Part shown: piece after piece, positions 19,655 to 28,287 of the stretch | Position numbering within the stretch: position 1 is the first letter of the stretch | Layout: each line of letters begins with the position of its first letter | Assembly: GCA_964486705.1 (NCBI GenBank) | Contig: CAZAOI010000001.1 | Span: 1 to 42,890, forward strand | DNA length: 42,890 nucleotides | Reading direction: 5' to 3' | DNA from: an uncultured Oleiharenicola sp. | GTDB lineage: Bacteria > Verrucomicrobiota > Verrucomicrobiia > Opitutales > Opitutaceae | Translations under genes and position numbers: made by a program | Notes under the pieces: model-generated | Seen by the model: only the letters and a program-made list of their open reading frames with translations | Told to the model about the DNA's origin: nothing | The model's database searches: none

Positions 19655-19690
19655 CTAGCTCACGTGATGATGATGGTGGTGGGAGACCAT
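19655..19690 (-). CDS. hisL: his operon leader peptide MVSHHHHHHVS
   Basis: ATG GTC TCC CAC CAC CAT CAT CAT CAC GTG AGC TAG: six consecutive His codons upstream of the terminator and hisG; absent from the ORF track because of its size. Confidence 0.9.
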   Translation of the reverse strand: MVSHHHHHHVS

Positions 19691-19819
19691 GGAATTGAGG
19701 GAGGATTGAGGGTGGCGGGCCGCCCGGGTGCAATATTTTTCGCTAGCGGTTTGGCGTCCGGCCCGCAGCGTGTCGTGTCATAAGTCGCACCCATGGGGCC
19801 GCCGAAATATGGACAGGAA

Positions 19820-20911
19820 ATGAAGACGACCGTGGCCGCCGTGCTGACGGTGGCGGCGACTTACAGCTACTTTCTGATTTTCGCCCAATTTAGTTTTATC
19901 AAACTGGCGGCGGCGGTGGATGGAACAGGTGGCTTCATCAAGCCGCTGATGGCGGTGATGGGGTTGGCTGGGATGGCCGGCAGTGCGCTGGCGGCCGGGG
20001 TCTACCAGGCGCGGCGAAGTCGACTCCTGCTGGCGATGGGATTTGTGGTGTGTGCGGCGGCGGCGGGGTCGGCGCTGGCGGCCCGGTCGATCGGCTTTTT
20101 CTATGGATCGGCGCTGCTGGTCGGGTTGGGTACGGGGTTTGCGACGGTGACGCTGGCCAGTGTTTTAAGGCCGGTGTTGGGCCGCGGGCGTTTGGGTCGG
20201 GTCATCGGCGCAGGCACGGGGTTGGCCTACGGGATGTGCAATTTGCCGGCAATTTTTCAAGCCGCGGCCACCACCCAGGCGGGGCTGGCCGTCGCGTTGG
20301 CCGGCGTCGGCTTGGTGGCCACCTTCGGCCTCACGGTTGGCGCGGCCGCGCCGATGCCGATGGGTGGGGATTATTCCAAGTCCGGCGTGGTCGCGTGGGT
20401 GATGATATTTTTGGCGCTGGTGGGCCTGGACTCGGCGGCGTTCTTTGTGATCCAGCACACGCCGGTGCTGCTGGAACTCACCTGGAGTGGAGCCGGCCGG
20501 CTGGAGGCGAATGCGGGAATCCATTTCTTCGCCGCCGTGTTGGCGGGATGTGCCCTCGACCGGCGCCGGGTCGGGTGGACGGTGGCGTTGGGTGCCTTGG
20601 CCCTGTTAGCGGCCTGCGGTCTGATCGCCGGCGGACACATAACTTTTCCCGGAACGGGGCTCCTCTATGCGGCGGGGGTATCAATCTATTCCACGGTTCT
20701 GGTTTATTATCCGGCGGATGGTTTGCGGCCATGGCTGGCGGGGCTGGTTTACGTGGTGGCCGGGTGGGGTGGTTCAGCGTTCGGCATCGGGATGGTGGCC
20801 GGCCGGCAGGTTTTGCCGAACGGGCTCCTCCTGATCGCCGGCGGGATGATGCTCTCCGGTTTGCTGCTCCGTGGTCTCCGGGGTGGGCGGTTCGGTTCGG
20901 GGAACGCGTGA
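19820..20911 (+). CDS. Multi-pass membrane protein, MFS-like
   Basis: About 12 hydrophobic segments in two halves; AGGAA upstream of ATG 19820; no substrate motif recognised. Confidence 0.7.
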   Translation: MKTTVAAVLTVAATYSYFLIFAQFSFIKLAAAVDGTGGFIKPLMAVMGLAGMAGSALAAGVYQARRSRLLLAMGFVVCAAAAGSALAARSIGFFYGSALLVGLGTGFATVTLASVLRPVLGRGRLGRVIGAGTGLAYGMCNLPAIFQAAATTQAGLAVALAGVGLVATFGLTVGAAAPMPMGGDYSKSGVVAWVMIFLALVGLDSAAFFVIQHTPVLLELTWSGAGRLEANAGIHFFAAVLAGCALDRRRVGWTVALGALALLAACGLIAGGHITFPGTGLLYAAGVSIYSTVLVYYPADGLRPWLAGLVYVVAGWGGSAFGIGMVAGRQVLPNGLLLIAGGMMLSGLLLRGLRGGRFGSGNA

Positions 20912-20926
20912 GCGTCGCCTGCTCTT

Positions 20927-23002
20927 GTGTTTGGTATCGGGGATCGACACGTTCTCCGAAAGCTTATTCCCCCCCGGGGGGGCGACCCCTTCCTCTTGAA
21001 TACACTCCTCGGATCTTTTCGTTCCACGCTCAATCGTCAGCTCGCCCACCGCCAAGGAGGCATTGTTATTTTCTTCGCGGTGTTTCTGGGCCTTTCCCTG
21101 CTGACGCGCTGCGTGCTGCTGGTGAAGGCGGCGCATGATGTCTCCTGGACGCTCAGCCTGGGGGCCGCTTTTTTTTGGGGTTTGATTTTCGACTTGGGTT
21201 CCGCGGCGTTCATTTCCCTACCGTTGACCCTGCTGCTCCTGCTTTTGCCGGCCGGTTGGTTTCAGCGCCAATGGCAAAGGGGGCTGGCCCACCTGGTGGG
21301 GTTTATCATCATCTTTCTGCTGCTGTTCGGCTTGGTGTCGGAATGGACGTTTTGGGACGAGTTTGGGGTCCGGTTCAATTTCATCGCCGTCGACTATCTG
21401 GTCTACACCACCGAGGTTCTGGGAAACATCCGGGAATCCTATAACCTCCCGCTTATCTTCGGCGGCGTCTTCACCGGTGCCGTCCTGATCCACTGGTTGG
21501 TCTGCCGAACCGGGATGCCAGCTTGCTGGTTTAATGCGCCCGCCGAGACCTTCGGCCGCCGGCTCAAAACCGGAGCCTGGTGGTTCGCGGTGCCGCTGGT
21601 GTTCGCCTCGCTGCTGAGCAGCGACTGGCTGCCGAACTTTAAGAACAACTTCAACCGCGAGCTGGCCAAGGACGGGCTCTGGTCGCTTTTCGCGGCTTTC
21701 TGGAACAACAAACTCGATTACGACAAGTTCTACACCACCGTGCCCGGGGACGAAGCCTTTCGTATTCTCCGGCAGGAATTGGCCCGCGATCGCTCCGTTA
21801 CGCTAGGGGAAAATCCGCACGACACCCTGCGGTTGGTCCGGAATGCCGGCCCGGAGTTACGGCCCAATGTCATCCAGATCACGGTCGAGAGCCTGAGCGC
21901 GGATTTCCTCAGCATTTTCAATCGCGCCTCGCGGCTCACGCCCAATCTGGAGGAGATCGCCGGTAAGAGTCTCGTCTTCGACAATTTCTACGCCACCGGC
22001 ACCCGCACCGACCGGGGGATGGAGGCGCTCACGCTCGCCGTGCCGCCAACGCCCGGGCGCTCGCTGGTCAAGCGGCCGCGCAATGAGAACCTGTTCACGC
22101 TCGGGTCGGTGTTTCGCGCGAAGGGTTATGACACGGCGTTCATTTACGGCGGCTTTGGCTACTTCGACAACATGAACTATTTTTTCGGTCACAACGGCTA
22201 CCGGGTGATCGACCGCAACAGCGTGGCGAAGGCCGATATCACCTTTGCCAACGTCTGGGGCGCCTGCGACGAGGATCTCTTCAGCTGGACGATGCGGGAA
22301 GCCGACGCCAGCCGCGCCGCCGGCAAGCCGTTTCATTATTTCGTGATGACGACCTCGAACCACCGGCCGTACACGTATCCCGAGGGGCGCATCGACCTGC
22401 CGTCGAAGGTTTCGGGCCGGCCGGGGGCCGTGAAATACACCGACTATGCCATCGGCAAATTCCTGCGCGACGCCGCGGCGAAGCCTTGGTTCAAGGACAC
22501 GGTGTTTGTCATCGTGGCCGACCACTGCGCCTCCAGTGCGGGCAAAACGGAACTGCCGGTGCAAAAATACCACATCCCGCTGATCATATATTCGCCCGGC
22601 GGCCACATCGCGCCCGGTCACATCCGCACGTTGACCAGCCAGGTGGACTATCCGCCAACGCTGCTCGGCTTGCTGAACTGGACTTATGCCAGCCGTTTTT
22701 TCGGGCGCGACATCCGCCAGACCGACCCGCAGGAGGCGCGCGCCCTCGTCGGCACCTACCAGAAACTCGGCCTGTTAAAGGGCGAGCAATTCCTCGTGCT
22801 CAAGCCGGTGCGCCAGCAGGCGCAATACGCCTACAACCGCGTCAGCTTCGCGCTGACGGAGCAGTCGCTGAACCCGGCGTTTCATGCCGAGGCGATCAGC
22901 TATTACCAGACGGCGAGCGAGCTTTTTCAAAACGAACGTTATCGTGAAATCAGCGGGGAGGAGACGAAGCGCCTGTTCGCGGTCCCGGCTGGTCCGCCGT
23001 AA
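20927..23002 (+). CDS. LTA synthase family / sulfatase-domain membrane protein (true start possibly TTG 20996 or later)
   Basis: About five N-terminal TM segments; TVESLS, GTRTDRG (Thr nucleophile), SNHRPY, VADH metal ligands. Confidence 0.9.
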   Translation: MFGIGDRHVLRKLIPPRGGDPFLLNTLLGSFRSTLNRQLAHRQGGIVIFFAVFLGLSLLTRCVLLVKAAHDVSWTLSLGAAFFWGLIFDLGSAAFISLPLTLLLLLLPAGWFQRQWQRGLAHLVGFIIIFLLLFGLVSEWTFWDEFGVRFNFIAVDYLVYTTEVLGNIRESYNLPLIFGGVFTGAVLIHWLVCRTGMPACWFNAPAETFGRRLKTGAWWFAVPLVFASLLSSDWLPNFKNNFNRELAKDGLWSLFAAFWNNKLDYDKFYTTVPGDEAFRILRQELARDRSVTLGENPHDTLRLVRNAGPELRPNVIQITVESLSADFLSIFNRASRLTPNLEEIAGKSLVFDNFYATGTRTDRGMEALTLAVPPTPGRSLVKRPRNENLFTLGSVFRAKGYDTAFIYGGFGYFDNMNYFFGHNGYRVIDRNSVAKADITFANVWGACDEDLFSWTMREADASRAAGKPFHYFVMTTSNHRPYTYPEGRIDLPSKVSGRPGAVKYTDYAIGKFLRDAAAKPWFKDTVFVIVADHCASSAGKTELPVQKYHIPLIIYSPGGHIAPGHIRTLTSQVDYPPTLLGLLNWTYASRFFGRDIRQTDPQEARALVGTYQKLGLLKGEQFLVLKPVRQQAQYAYNRVSFALTEQSLNPAFHAEAISYYQTASELFQNERYREISGEETKRLFAVPAGPP

Positions 23003-23007
23003 AATGA

Positions 23008-23043
23008 CAAGGCCGCCTCCTGCTTGCGCGGGAGACGGCCTTG
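23008..23043. terminator. Probable bidirectional terminator between convergent genes
   Basis: CAAGGCCG(C)CTCC...GGAG(A)CGGCCTTG hairpin between stop codons at 23002 and 23056. Confidence 0.65.
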
Positions 23044-23055
23044 GTTGGTTTCTAT

Positions 23056-23451
23056 TTAGTTAGCCGCGAACCGCGAGTCGTTGCCGAAACGATCGACAAT
23101 CGACACGGGCAGGATGACTTTGCGGGCGACGGGCTGGCCGTTGACGAGGGCAGGGGCGAAATGCCACTGTTCGACGGCGGCCAGCACGGCCGTGACGAGC
23201 TCGGCATTGGCGGTGGGCGAGTTCGACGCGAATTGCGTCGGCTTGCCCGTCGGATCAACGACGAACGCGAGCATCACTTTCTGCCCGGCAAACCGGGAGT
23301 CCACATCGGGCGAAATGACCGAGATGGGCACCGGAATATCCGTGCGACCATGATACGACTTTACATAGGCCGACTCGGACGACGCCGCCAATAAGGCGAG
23401 CGGCGCCACGAGCAGACCGAGGCTGAGGGCTATTTTGGACTTGGTGTTCAT
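23056..23451 (-). CDS. Small secreted TonB C-terminal domain protein
   Basis: Signal peptide; FVVDPTGKP...AVLAAVEQWHFAPALVNGQPV TonB_C pattern. Confidence 0.82.
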   Translation of the reverse strand: MNTKSKIALSLGLLVAPLALLAASSESAYVKSYHGRTDIPVPISVISPDVDSRFAGQKVMLAFVVDPTGKPTQFASNSPTANAELVTAVLAAVEQWHFAPALVNGQPVARKVILPVSIVDRFGNDSRFAAN

Positions 23452-23886
23452 TGCATCATCTCCGCGGTGAGGCGGAGTTTTGTTTTCTGTTTAGGCAAGA
23501 TGCGACCACCGGCCGGAATGACCGCAGGCCAGCACCCTGTTTTGCCAAAGACGGCCCGGTAAATGGCCCATCCCCGGCAAAAATCTATTTTGGGGGCGAT
23601 CCGTTGGCGCAAAAAGCTACGCCAGTCGGGCTGCCCAACAGCTAAACACCCAGTCCATGGTCCGACCCACCGGCCTCGCGGCGGATCAAACCAAATTCAA
23701 AGAACCGCCTGTGCGGCGACTTCCCGGCAGTCGCTTCGAGGCCAACCCCATCATAGCACGGCCTATGCCAGCTTTGCGTCGCGATCGGGTTACAATTCGG
23801 GGGCGACCGACGGGTCGATCCGGGTGGGGCGGCGGAGCGGTCGCATTATGCCTTGAACGATTTGCCGGAGTCCGTGTCGTAGCCGA

Positions 23887-24744
23887 ATGAGCTCTTTGCG
23901 CGACATCTTCTCTCGGGCGGCCGTGGCGGCCGGCTTGCTGGCCATGCTGGTGGGACCCGCGGCGGCCGAGACGCTGGCGGAAAGAACCCTGGTGGAAATT
24001 ACGGAGCGCCAGCGCGACATCTTCGCCCGGACGGAAAAAGAGGGTGAACATCTCGATGATGCGGCGCTGCGGGGTGATTTGGAAAGTTTACTCAAGAGCT
24101 ATGACGTGCTGATCCAGAAAAGCCCGGACTATGCGCTGGCATTCGGCGCCTACGGCATGTTTCTCGGTAAAATCGGCATGACGAAAGAGGCGGTCATCAT
24201 GCTGCTGCGGGCCAACAAGCTCGATCCCAGCCTGCCCGAGGTGAAAAACCAGATCGCCGTGCATCTCGCCGAGGACGGGCGGCCGGTGGACGCGCTCCCG
24301 TGGGTCACGGCGGCCCTCGATCTGGACCCCAAGAAAGCGGTCTATCATTTTCATCTGGGCGAATTGCTGGCGGCCGGGCGCAGCGACTTCACCCGCACTG
24401 GAATGTTTGACGACGCGAAGCTCGATGAGGCCATTTTGGAGGCCTTTCAGCACGCGGTCGAGCTGATGCCGGAAGATTTCCCCATCGCGTACCGCCACGC
24501 CAAGGCGTATTATGATCTGGTCGGGCCGCGTTGGACTGAGGCGCTGGTCGTTTGGGAAAAGCTGGAAGACCTCGCGCTCACGGATTCCCAGCGCCAGCTG
24601 CTCCGGCTCCAGCGGGCCAACGTCTTGCTCAAGCTCGCCCGGCCGATCGAGGCCAAGCTGCTGCTCGATATGGTGACCAAGCAGGAGTTCGCCGCGGAGA
24701 AGCAGACTTTGCTGGACGAACTCGCCAAAGCGGGCGAGAAGTGA
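23887..24744 (+). CDS. Secreted tetratricopeptide repeat protein
   Basis: Signal peptide; repeated TPR-like units (ANKLDPS, ALDLDPK, AVELMPE). Confidence 0.8.
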   Translation: MSSLRDIFSRAAVAAGLLAMLVGPAAAETLAERTLVEITERQRDIFARTEKEGEHLDDAALRGDLESLLKSYDVLIQKSPDYALAFGAYGMFLGKIGMTKEAVIMLLRANKLDPSLPEVKNQIAVHLAEDGRPVDALPWVTAALDLDPKKAVYHFHLGELLAAGRSDFTRTGMFDDAKLDEAILEAFQHAVELMPEDFPIAYRHAKAYYDLVGPRWTEALVVWEKLEDLALTDSQRQLLRLQRANVLLKLARPIEAKLLLDMVTKQEFAAEKQTLLDELAKAGEK

Positions 24745-24751
24745 CCGGTTT

Positions 24752-25561
24752 ATGGATTTGCTCAATCGCCTCGAACGGCTCTTTGGCCGGTTCGCCATCC
24801 CAAACCTTTCGCTCTACCTGATCTTCGGGCAGGTGTTGTTTTGGGGCGTGGCGTTTCTCGGCTTTTTTGACCTTGAACGCATCGCCTTGCTCCCCCTGGC
24901 GGTCCAGAGCGGCGAAATCTGGCGCCTCGTCACGTTCCTGTTTTTGCCACCGAACGCCCATCCCGTATTCATCGCTTTTGCGTGGTATATGTTCTGGATG
25001 ATGGGCTCGGCGCTCGAGGAATCCTGGGGGGCGTTTCGCTACAATCTGTTTCTGTTCATTGGCTGGGCTCTCACGGTCGGGGTGGCACTGTTTTTTCCGG
25101 CCACCTACGCCACGAACCTGTTTCTCGCTGGCAGTGTCTTTCTCGCCTTTGCATTTTTGAACCCGGACTTCGAGATTCTGATCTTCTTCATTCTGCCGGT
25201 GAAGATCAAGTGGCTGGCCCTGCTCCAATCGGTGTTTTACGGCTATGCCCTGATCGTCGGATCCTGGCCGGTGCGACTCGCCGTGTTGGCCTCGGTCGGC
25301 AACTTCCTGCTCTTTTTCTCTGGCGAGATCATCCAGCGAATGAAGACCGGCCGCCGGCAGATGGAAGGCAAAGCCCGGCGGGCGGCGGAGCGCGACAGCG
25401 ACCGGGAACCCCGGCACCGGTGCCACGTGTGCGGCAAGACCGACCTTACGCACCCGCAGATGGATTTTCGTTACTGTTCGAAGTGCGCCGGCGACGAGTG
25501 TTATTGCACCGAGCACATCGCCAGCCACCCGCATACGGTGACGGCCAACCCGAAAGGCTGA
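24752..25561 (+). CDS. Rhomboid-superfamily membrane protein with C-terminal Cys/His zinc-finger-like tail
   Basis: GEIWRLVTFLF (WR motif); several TM segments; HRCHVCG...YCSKCAGDECYCTEH. Confidence 0.8.
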   Translation: MDLLNRLERLFGRFAIPNLSLYLIFGQVLFWGVAFLGFFDLERIALLPLAVQSGEIWRLVTFLFLPPNAHPVFIAFAWYMFWMMGSALEESWGAFRYNLFLFIGWALTVGVALFFPATYATNLFLAGSVFLAFAFLNPDFEILIFFILPVKIKWLALLQSVFYGYALIVGSWPVRLAVLASVGNFLLFFSGEIIQRMKTGRRQMEGKARRAAERDSDREPRHRCHVCGKTDLTHPQMDFRYCSKCAGDECYCTEHIASHPHTVTANPKG

Positions 25562-25564
25562 GCC

Positions 25565-26458
25565 ATGCCGGTGAAGCCATCCACTCTCGGCGATTGGCTG
25601 CACCGCGCAGAAAAACTTTACGAGCGGCACCAGGTCGCGCTCGGGCAGGTGGCGGCCACCGCCCACGACGAGGCGCTTTATCTGTTGCTGCACACCCTCG
25701 GTCTGCCGCTCGACAGCAAATCCGCGGTGCTGCGGCGCAAGCTGACGCCGGAAGCAACGGCGCGGCTGGCGGAAGTCTTTCGCCGCCGGCTCGAGGAGCA
25801 CGTGCCGGCCGCCTACCTCACGCGCGAGGCCTGGCTCGGCGAGCACCGTTTCTATGTGGACGAACGCGTGATCATTCCGCGCTCGTATTTTGTCGAGCTG
25901 CTGCCGGAACAGATTCCGCAGTGGCTGCCGGCGAGCCGGCCGGTGAAACGCGCCGTCGATGTCTGCACCGGCTCGGGTTGCCTCGCCATCCTGATGGCGC
26001 ACCAGTTTGCCGGGGCGAAGGTTGACGCCATCGAGTTGTCGCCGGACGCGCTGGCCGTGGCGAAGTTCAACGTCGCGACCCACAAGCTGGGCCGCCGCGT
26101 GAAACTTTTTCATTCGGATGTGTTCGAGGCGGTGCCCCCGGTGAAATACGACCTGATCCTGAGCAATCCGCCCTATGTGCCGACGCGCGAGCTGCGTGGC
26201 CTGCCCGCCGAATTCAAAAAGGAACCGGCCATGGCGTTGGACGGCGGCAAGGACGGCCTGGTCATCATCAGCAAGCTGCTGCGCCAGGCGCGCGACCGGC
26301 TGCAACCCCACGGCATCGTGGTGCTCGAGGTGGGCGGCCTGCGCGCCGCGATGGACAACGTTTTCGCGGCACTCGACCTCCACTGGCTGCACACGGCAGA
26401 CGGGGAGGACTGCGTGTGCGTGATCCCAGCGGCGCGGCTGAAGAACTGGCGCGGGTGA
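25565..26458 (+). CDS. prmB: 50S ribosomal protein L3 N5-glutamine methyltransferase
   Basis: PAAYLTREAW, FYVDERVIIPRSY, DVCTGSGC, SNPPY, EPAMALDGG. Confidence 0.9.
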   Translation: MPVKPSTLGDWLHRAEKLYERHQVALGQVAATAHDEALYLLLHTLGLPLDSKSAVLRRKLTPEATARLAEVFRRRLEEHVPAAYLTREAWLGEHRFYVDERVIIPRSYFVELLPEQIPQWLPASRPVKRAVDVCTGSGCLAILMAHQFAGAKVDAIELSPDALAVAKFNVATHKLGRRVKLFHSDVFEAVPPVKYDLILSNPPYVPTRELRGLPAEFKKEPAMALDGGKDGLVIISKLLRQARDRLQPHGIVVLEVGGLRAAMDNVFAALDLHWLHTADGEDCVCVIPAARLKNWRG

Positions 26459-26469
26459 GCCCAACCTAG

Positions 26470-26492
26470 TTTGTCATCTATTATATGACAAA
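26470..26492. repeat. Third copy of the 23-bp palindrome
   Basis: TTTGTCATCTATTATATGACAAA, 11 bp after the prmB stop codon. Confidence 0.85.
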
Positions 26493-26609
26493 CCGGCTTC
26501 GCCGGCCGGCCGGCCCGGACGCAATCCGCGTCGGGGCGTCCCTGGGTGGCGGGGGATTAATCGCCATTGCTACGGGGAGGAGGGCTGTTTGCATGGCCCG
26601 ACACTTACC

Positions 26610-27809
26610 ATGGCGTCCCACTATCTGGAATTTCTGAGCATGCTTGTGCGGTGGCTGCACATCATCGCTGGTGTCGCGTGGATCGGTTCGTCGTTCTATT
26701 TCATCTGGCTGGACAACAGCATCGATCCGCCGGCTCCGGGTTCGGACAACGCCAAGAAAGGCGTCGCCGGCGATTTGTGGGCGGTGCATGGTGGTGGTTT
26801 CTACAATCCGCAGAAATATGCGGTCGCTCCCGCGGAGCTGCCGGAGAAGCTGCACTGGTTCAAGTGGGAGGCGTACACGACCTGGCTGTCAGGCACGGCA
26901 TTGCTGGTGCTGGCGTACTGGTTGAAAGCACAGGTGATGATGGTGGACCCCAATGTGGCGGCGCTCGCGCCCTGGCAGGCAGTCGCGGTTGGCGCGGCGA
27001 GCATGATCGGCTCGTGGATTGTCTACGACCTGCTCTGTCGCTCCCCGCTGGGGAAAAACAACGGGGTGCTCGGGGCGGTGGTCTTCGGGCTGATCGCGCT
27101 GCTGGCCTGGGGGCTGGCGCAAACGCTGGGCGGCCGGGCGATGTTCATGCATGTCGGCACGGCCATCGGCACGATCATGGCGGCCAATGTTTTTTTTATC
27201 ATCATTCCCGGGCAGAAACGGATGGTGACGGCGATGCGCACCGGGCAGGCGCCCAATCCGGTGGACGGCAAACGCGCCAAGCAGCGCAGCGTGCACAACA
27301 ACTATTTCACGCTGCCGGTGCTGTTTATCATGATCAGCAACCACTATGCGTCGACCTACAGTCATCCCCAAAACTGGGCGGTGTTGATGCTGATGGCGGC
27401 GGCGGGCGTGGTCATCCGGCATTTTTTCAACTGCAAGCATAAGGGCGTCTACGCGTGGCAATATCCCGCGCTGGGCGCCGTGTTGTTGGGCATCGTCGCC
27501 TGGTGGACGCAACCGCGGCCCGTGATCTTGCCCGCGGTCGAGGGCCCGGTGACGTTCAATCGCGTGCGCGCCATCGTCGGCCAGCACTGCGTGATGTGCC
27601 ATTCGCCGCAGCCGACCTTTCCCGGCATCACGCAACCGCAAGCCGGCGTGCTGCTGCACACCCCGGCGGACATCGTGCAGAACGCCCCGCGGATTTTTCA
27701 GCAGGTGATCGTCACGCGCATCATGCCGCTCGGCAACGTCACGCAGATCACCGAGCAGGAGCGCGCCGTCCTCGCTGCCTGGATCCAAGCCGGCGCGAAG
27801 ATGGAGTAG
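26610..27809 (+). CDS. puuD: Urate hydroxylase PuuD (membrane domain plus C-terminal cytochrome c)
   Basis: RWLHIIAGVAWIGSSFYF, LWAVHGGGFY, LHWFKWEAYTTWLSG, RSVHNNYFTLPV, ISNHY; heme motif CVMCH; distal MPLGN. Confidence 0.88.
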   Translation: MASHYLEFLSMLVRWLHIIAGVAWIGSSFYFIWLDNSIDPPAPGSDNAKKGVAGDLWAVHGGGFYNPQKYAVAPAELPEKLHWFKWEAYTTWLSGTALLVLAYWLKAQVMMVDPNVAALAPWQAVAVGAASMIGSWIVYDLLCRSPLGKNNGVLGAVVFGLIALLAWGLAQTLGGRAMFMHVGTAIGTIMAANVFFIIIPGQKRMVTAMRTGQAPNPVDGKRAKQRSVHNNYFTLPVLFIMISNHYASTYSHPQNWAVLMLMAAAGVVIRHFFNCKHKGVYAWQYPALGAVLLGIVAWWTQPRPVILPAVEGPVTFNRVRAIVGQHCVMCHSPQPTFPGITQPQAGVLLHTPADIVQNAPRIFQQVIVTRIMPLGNVTQITEQERAVLAAWIQAGAKME

Positions 27810-27821
27810 GGCGCAGCCGGT

Positions 27822-28235
27822 TCAGGGCTTGGCCGGCTCGACCTGGCGCGTGGGCAGGCCGGCGCTTTTCCAATCCTTGAAACCGCCGGCGTTGGCGACC
27901 GTGCGCCCCTGTTCGGCGAGGACTGCGCCGACCACACCGGCGCGATGGCCCGAGCGGCAGTAGAGGATGATCTGCTTGTCACCGGTCTGGGCGAGAAACT
28001 CCTTCCAGAGCTTCTGCGGTCCGTCGAAATCGCTTTTCGGCAACAGCACGGCGGAAGCAGCGACGCCGGTCTCGGCCCACTCGGCCGGTTCGCGGACGTC
28101 GATCAGCACGGCTTGGTTGGCGGCGAGCAGAGCCGCCGCATTCTGCGGAGTGATTTTGACGACTTCTGCGGCGCTGAGGGCAGCGGTGAGGGCCAGGAAG
28201 AGCGCGAGAACCCGATGACGGAACGAGGAATTCAT
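27822..28235 (-). CDS. Secreted single-domain rhodanese
   Basis: Signal peptide; LIDVREPAEW; active-site loop YCRSGHRA; GGFKDW. Confidence 0.9.
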   Translation of the reverse strand: MNSSFRHRVLALFLALTAALSAAEVVKITPQNAAALLAANQAVLIDVREPAEWAETGVAASAVLLPKSDFDGPQKLWKEFLAQTGDKQIILYCRSGHRAGVVGAVLAEQGRTVANAGGFKDWKSAGLPTRQVEPAKP

Positions 28236-28287
28236 GACGGAAAGATAGCCGAGTCACCGCGAGGTGCAAGCCGCGCAGACCGATCGC

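Noticed and set aside
20969-20982. C7G7 perfect palindrome near the LTA-synthase start
   Set aside because: Single low-complexity occurrence, probably upstream of the real start; no evidence for phase variation or function
23575-23640. GGCAAA...GCGCAAAA...AGTCGGGCTGCC, resembling a c-di-GMP-I riboswitch
   Set aside because: Lacks the GAAA-tetraloop stem and the receptor-containing stem; only an Infernal/Rfam scan could rescue it
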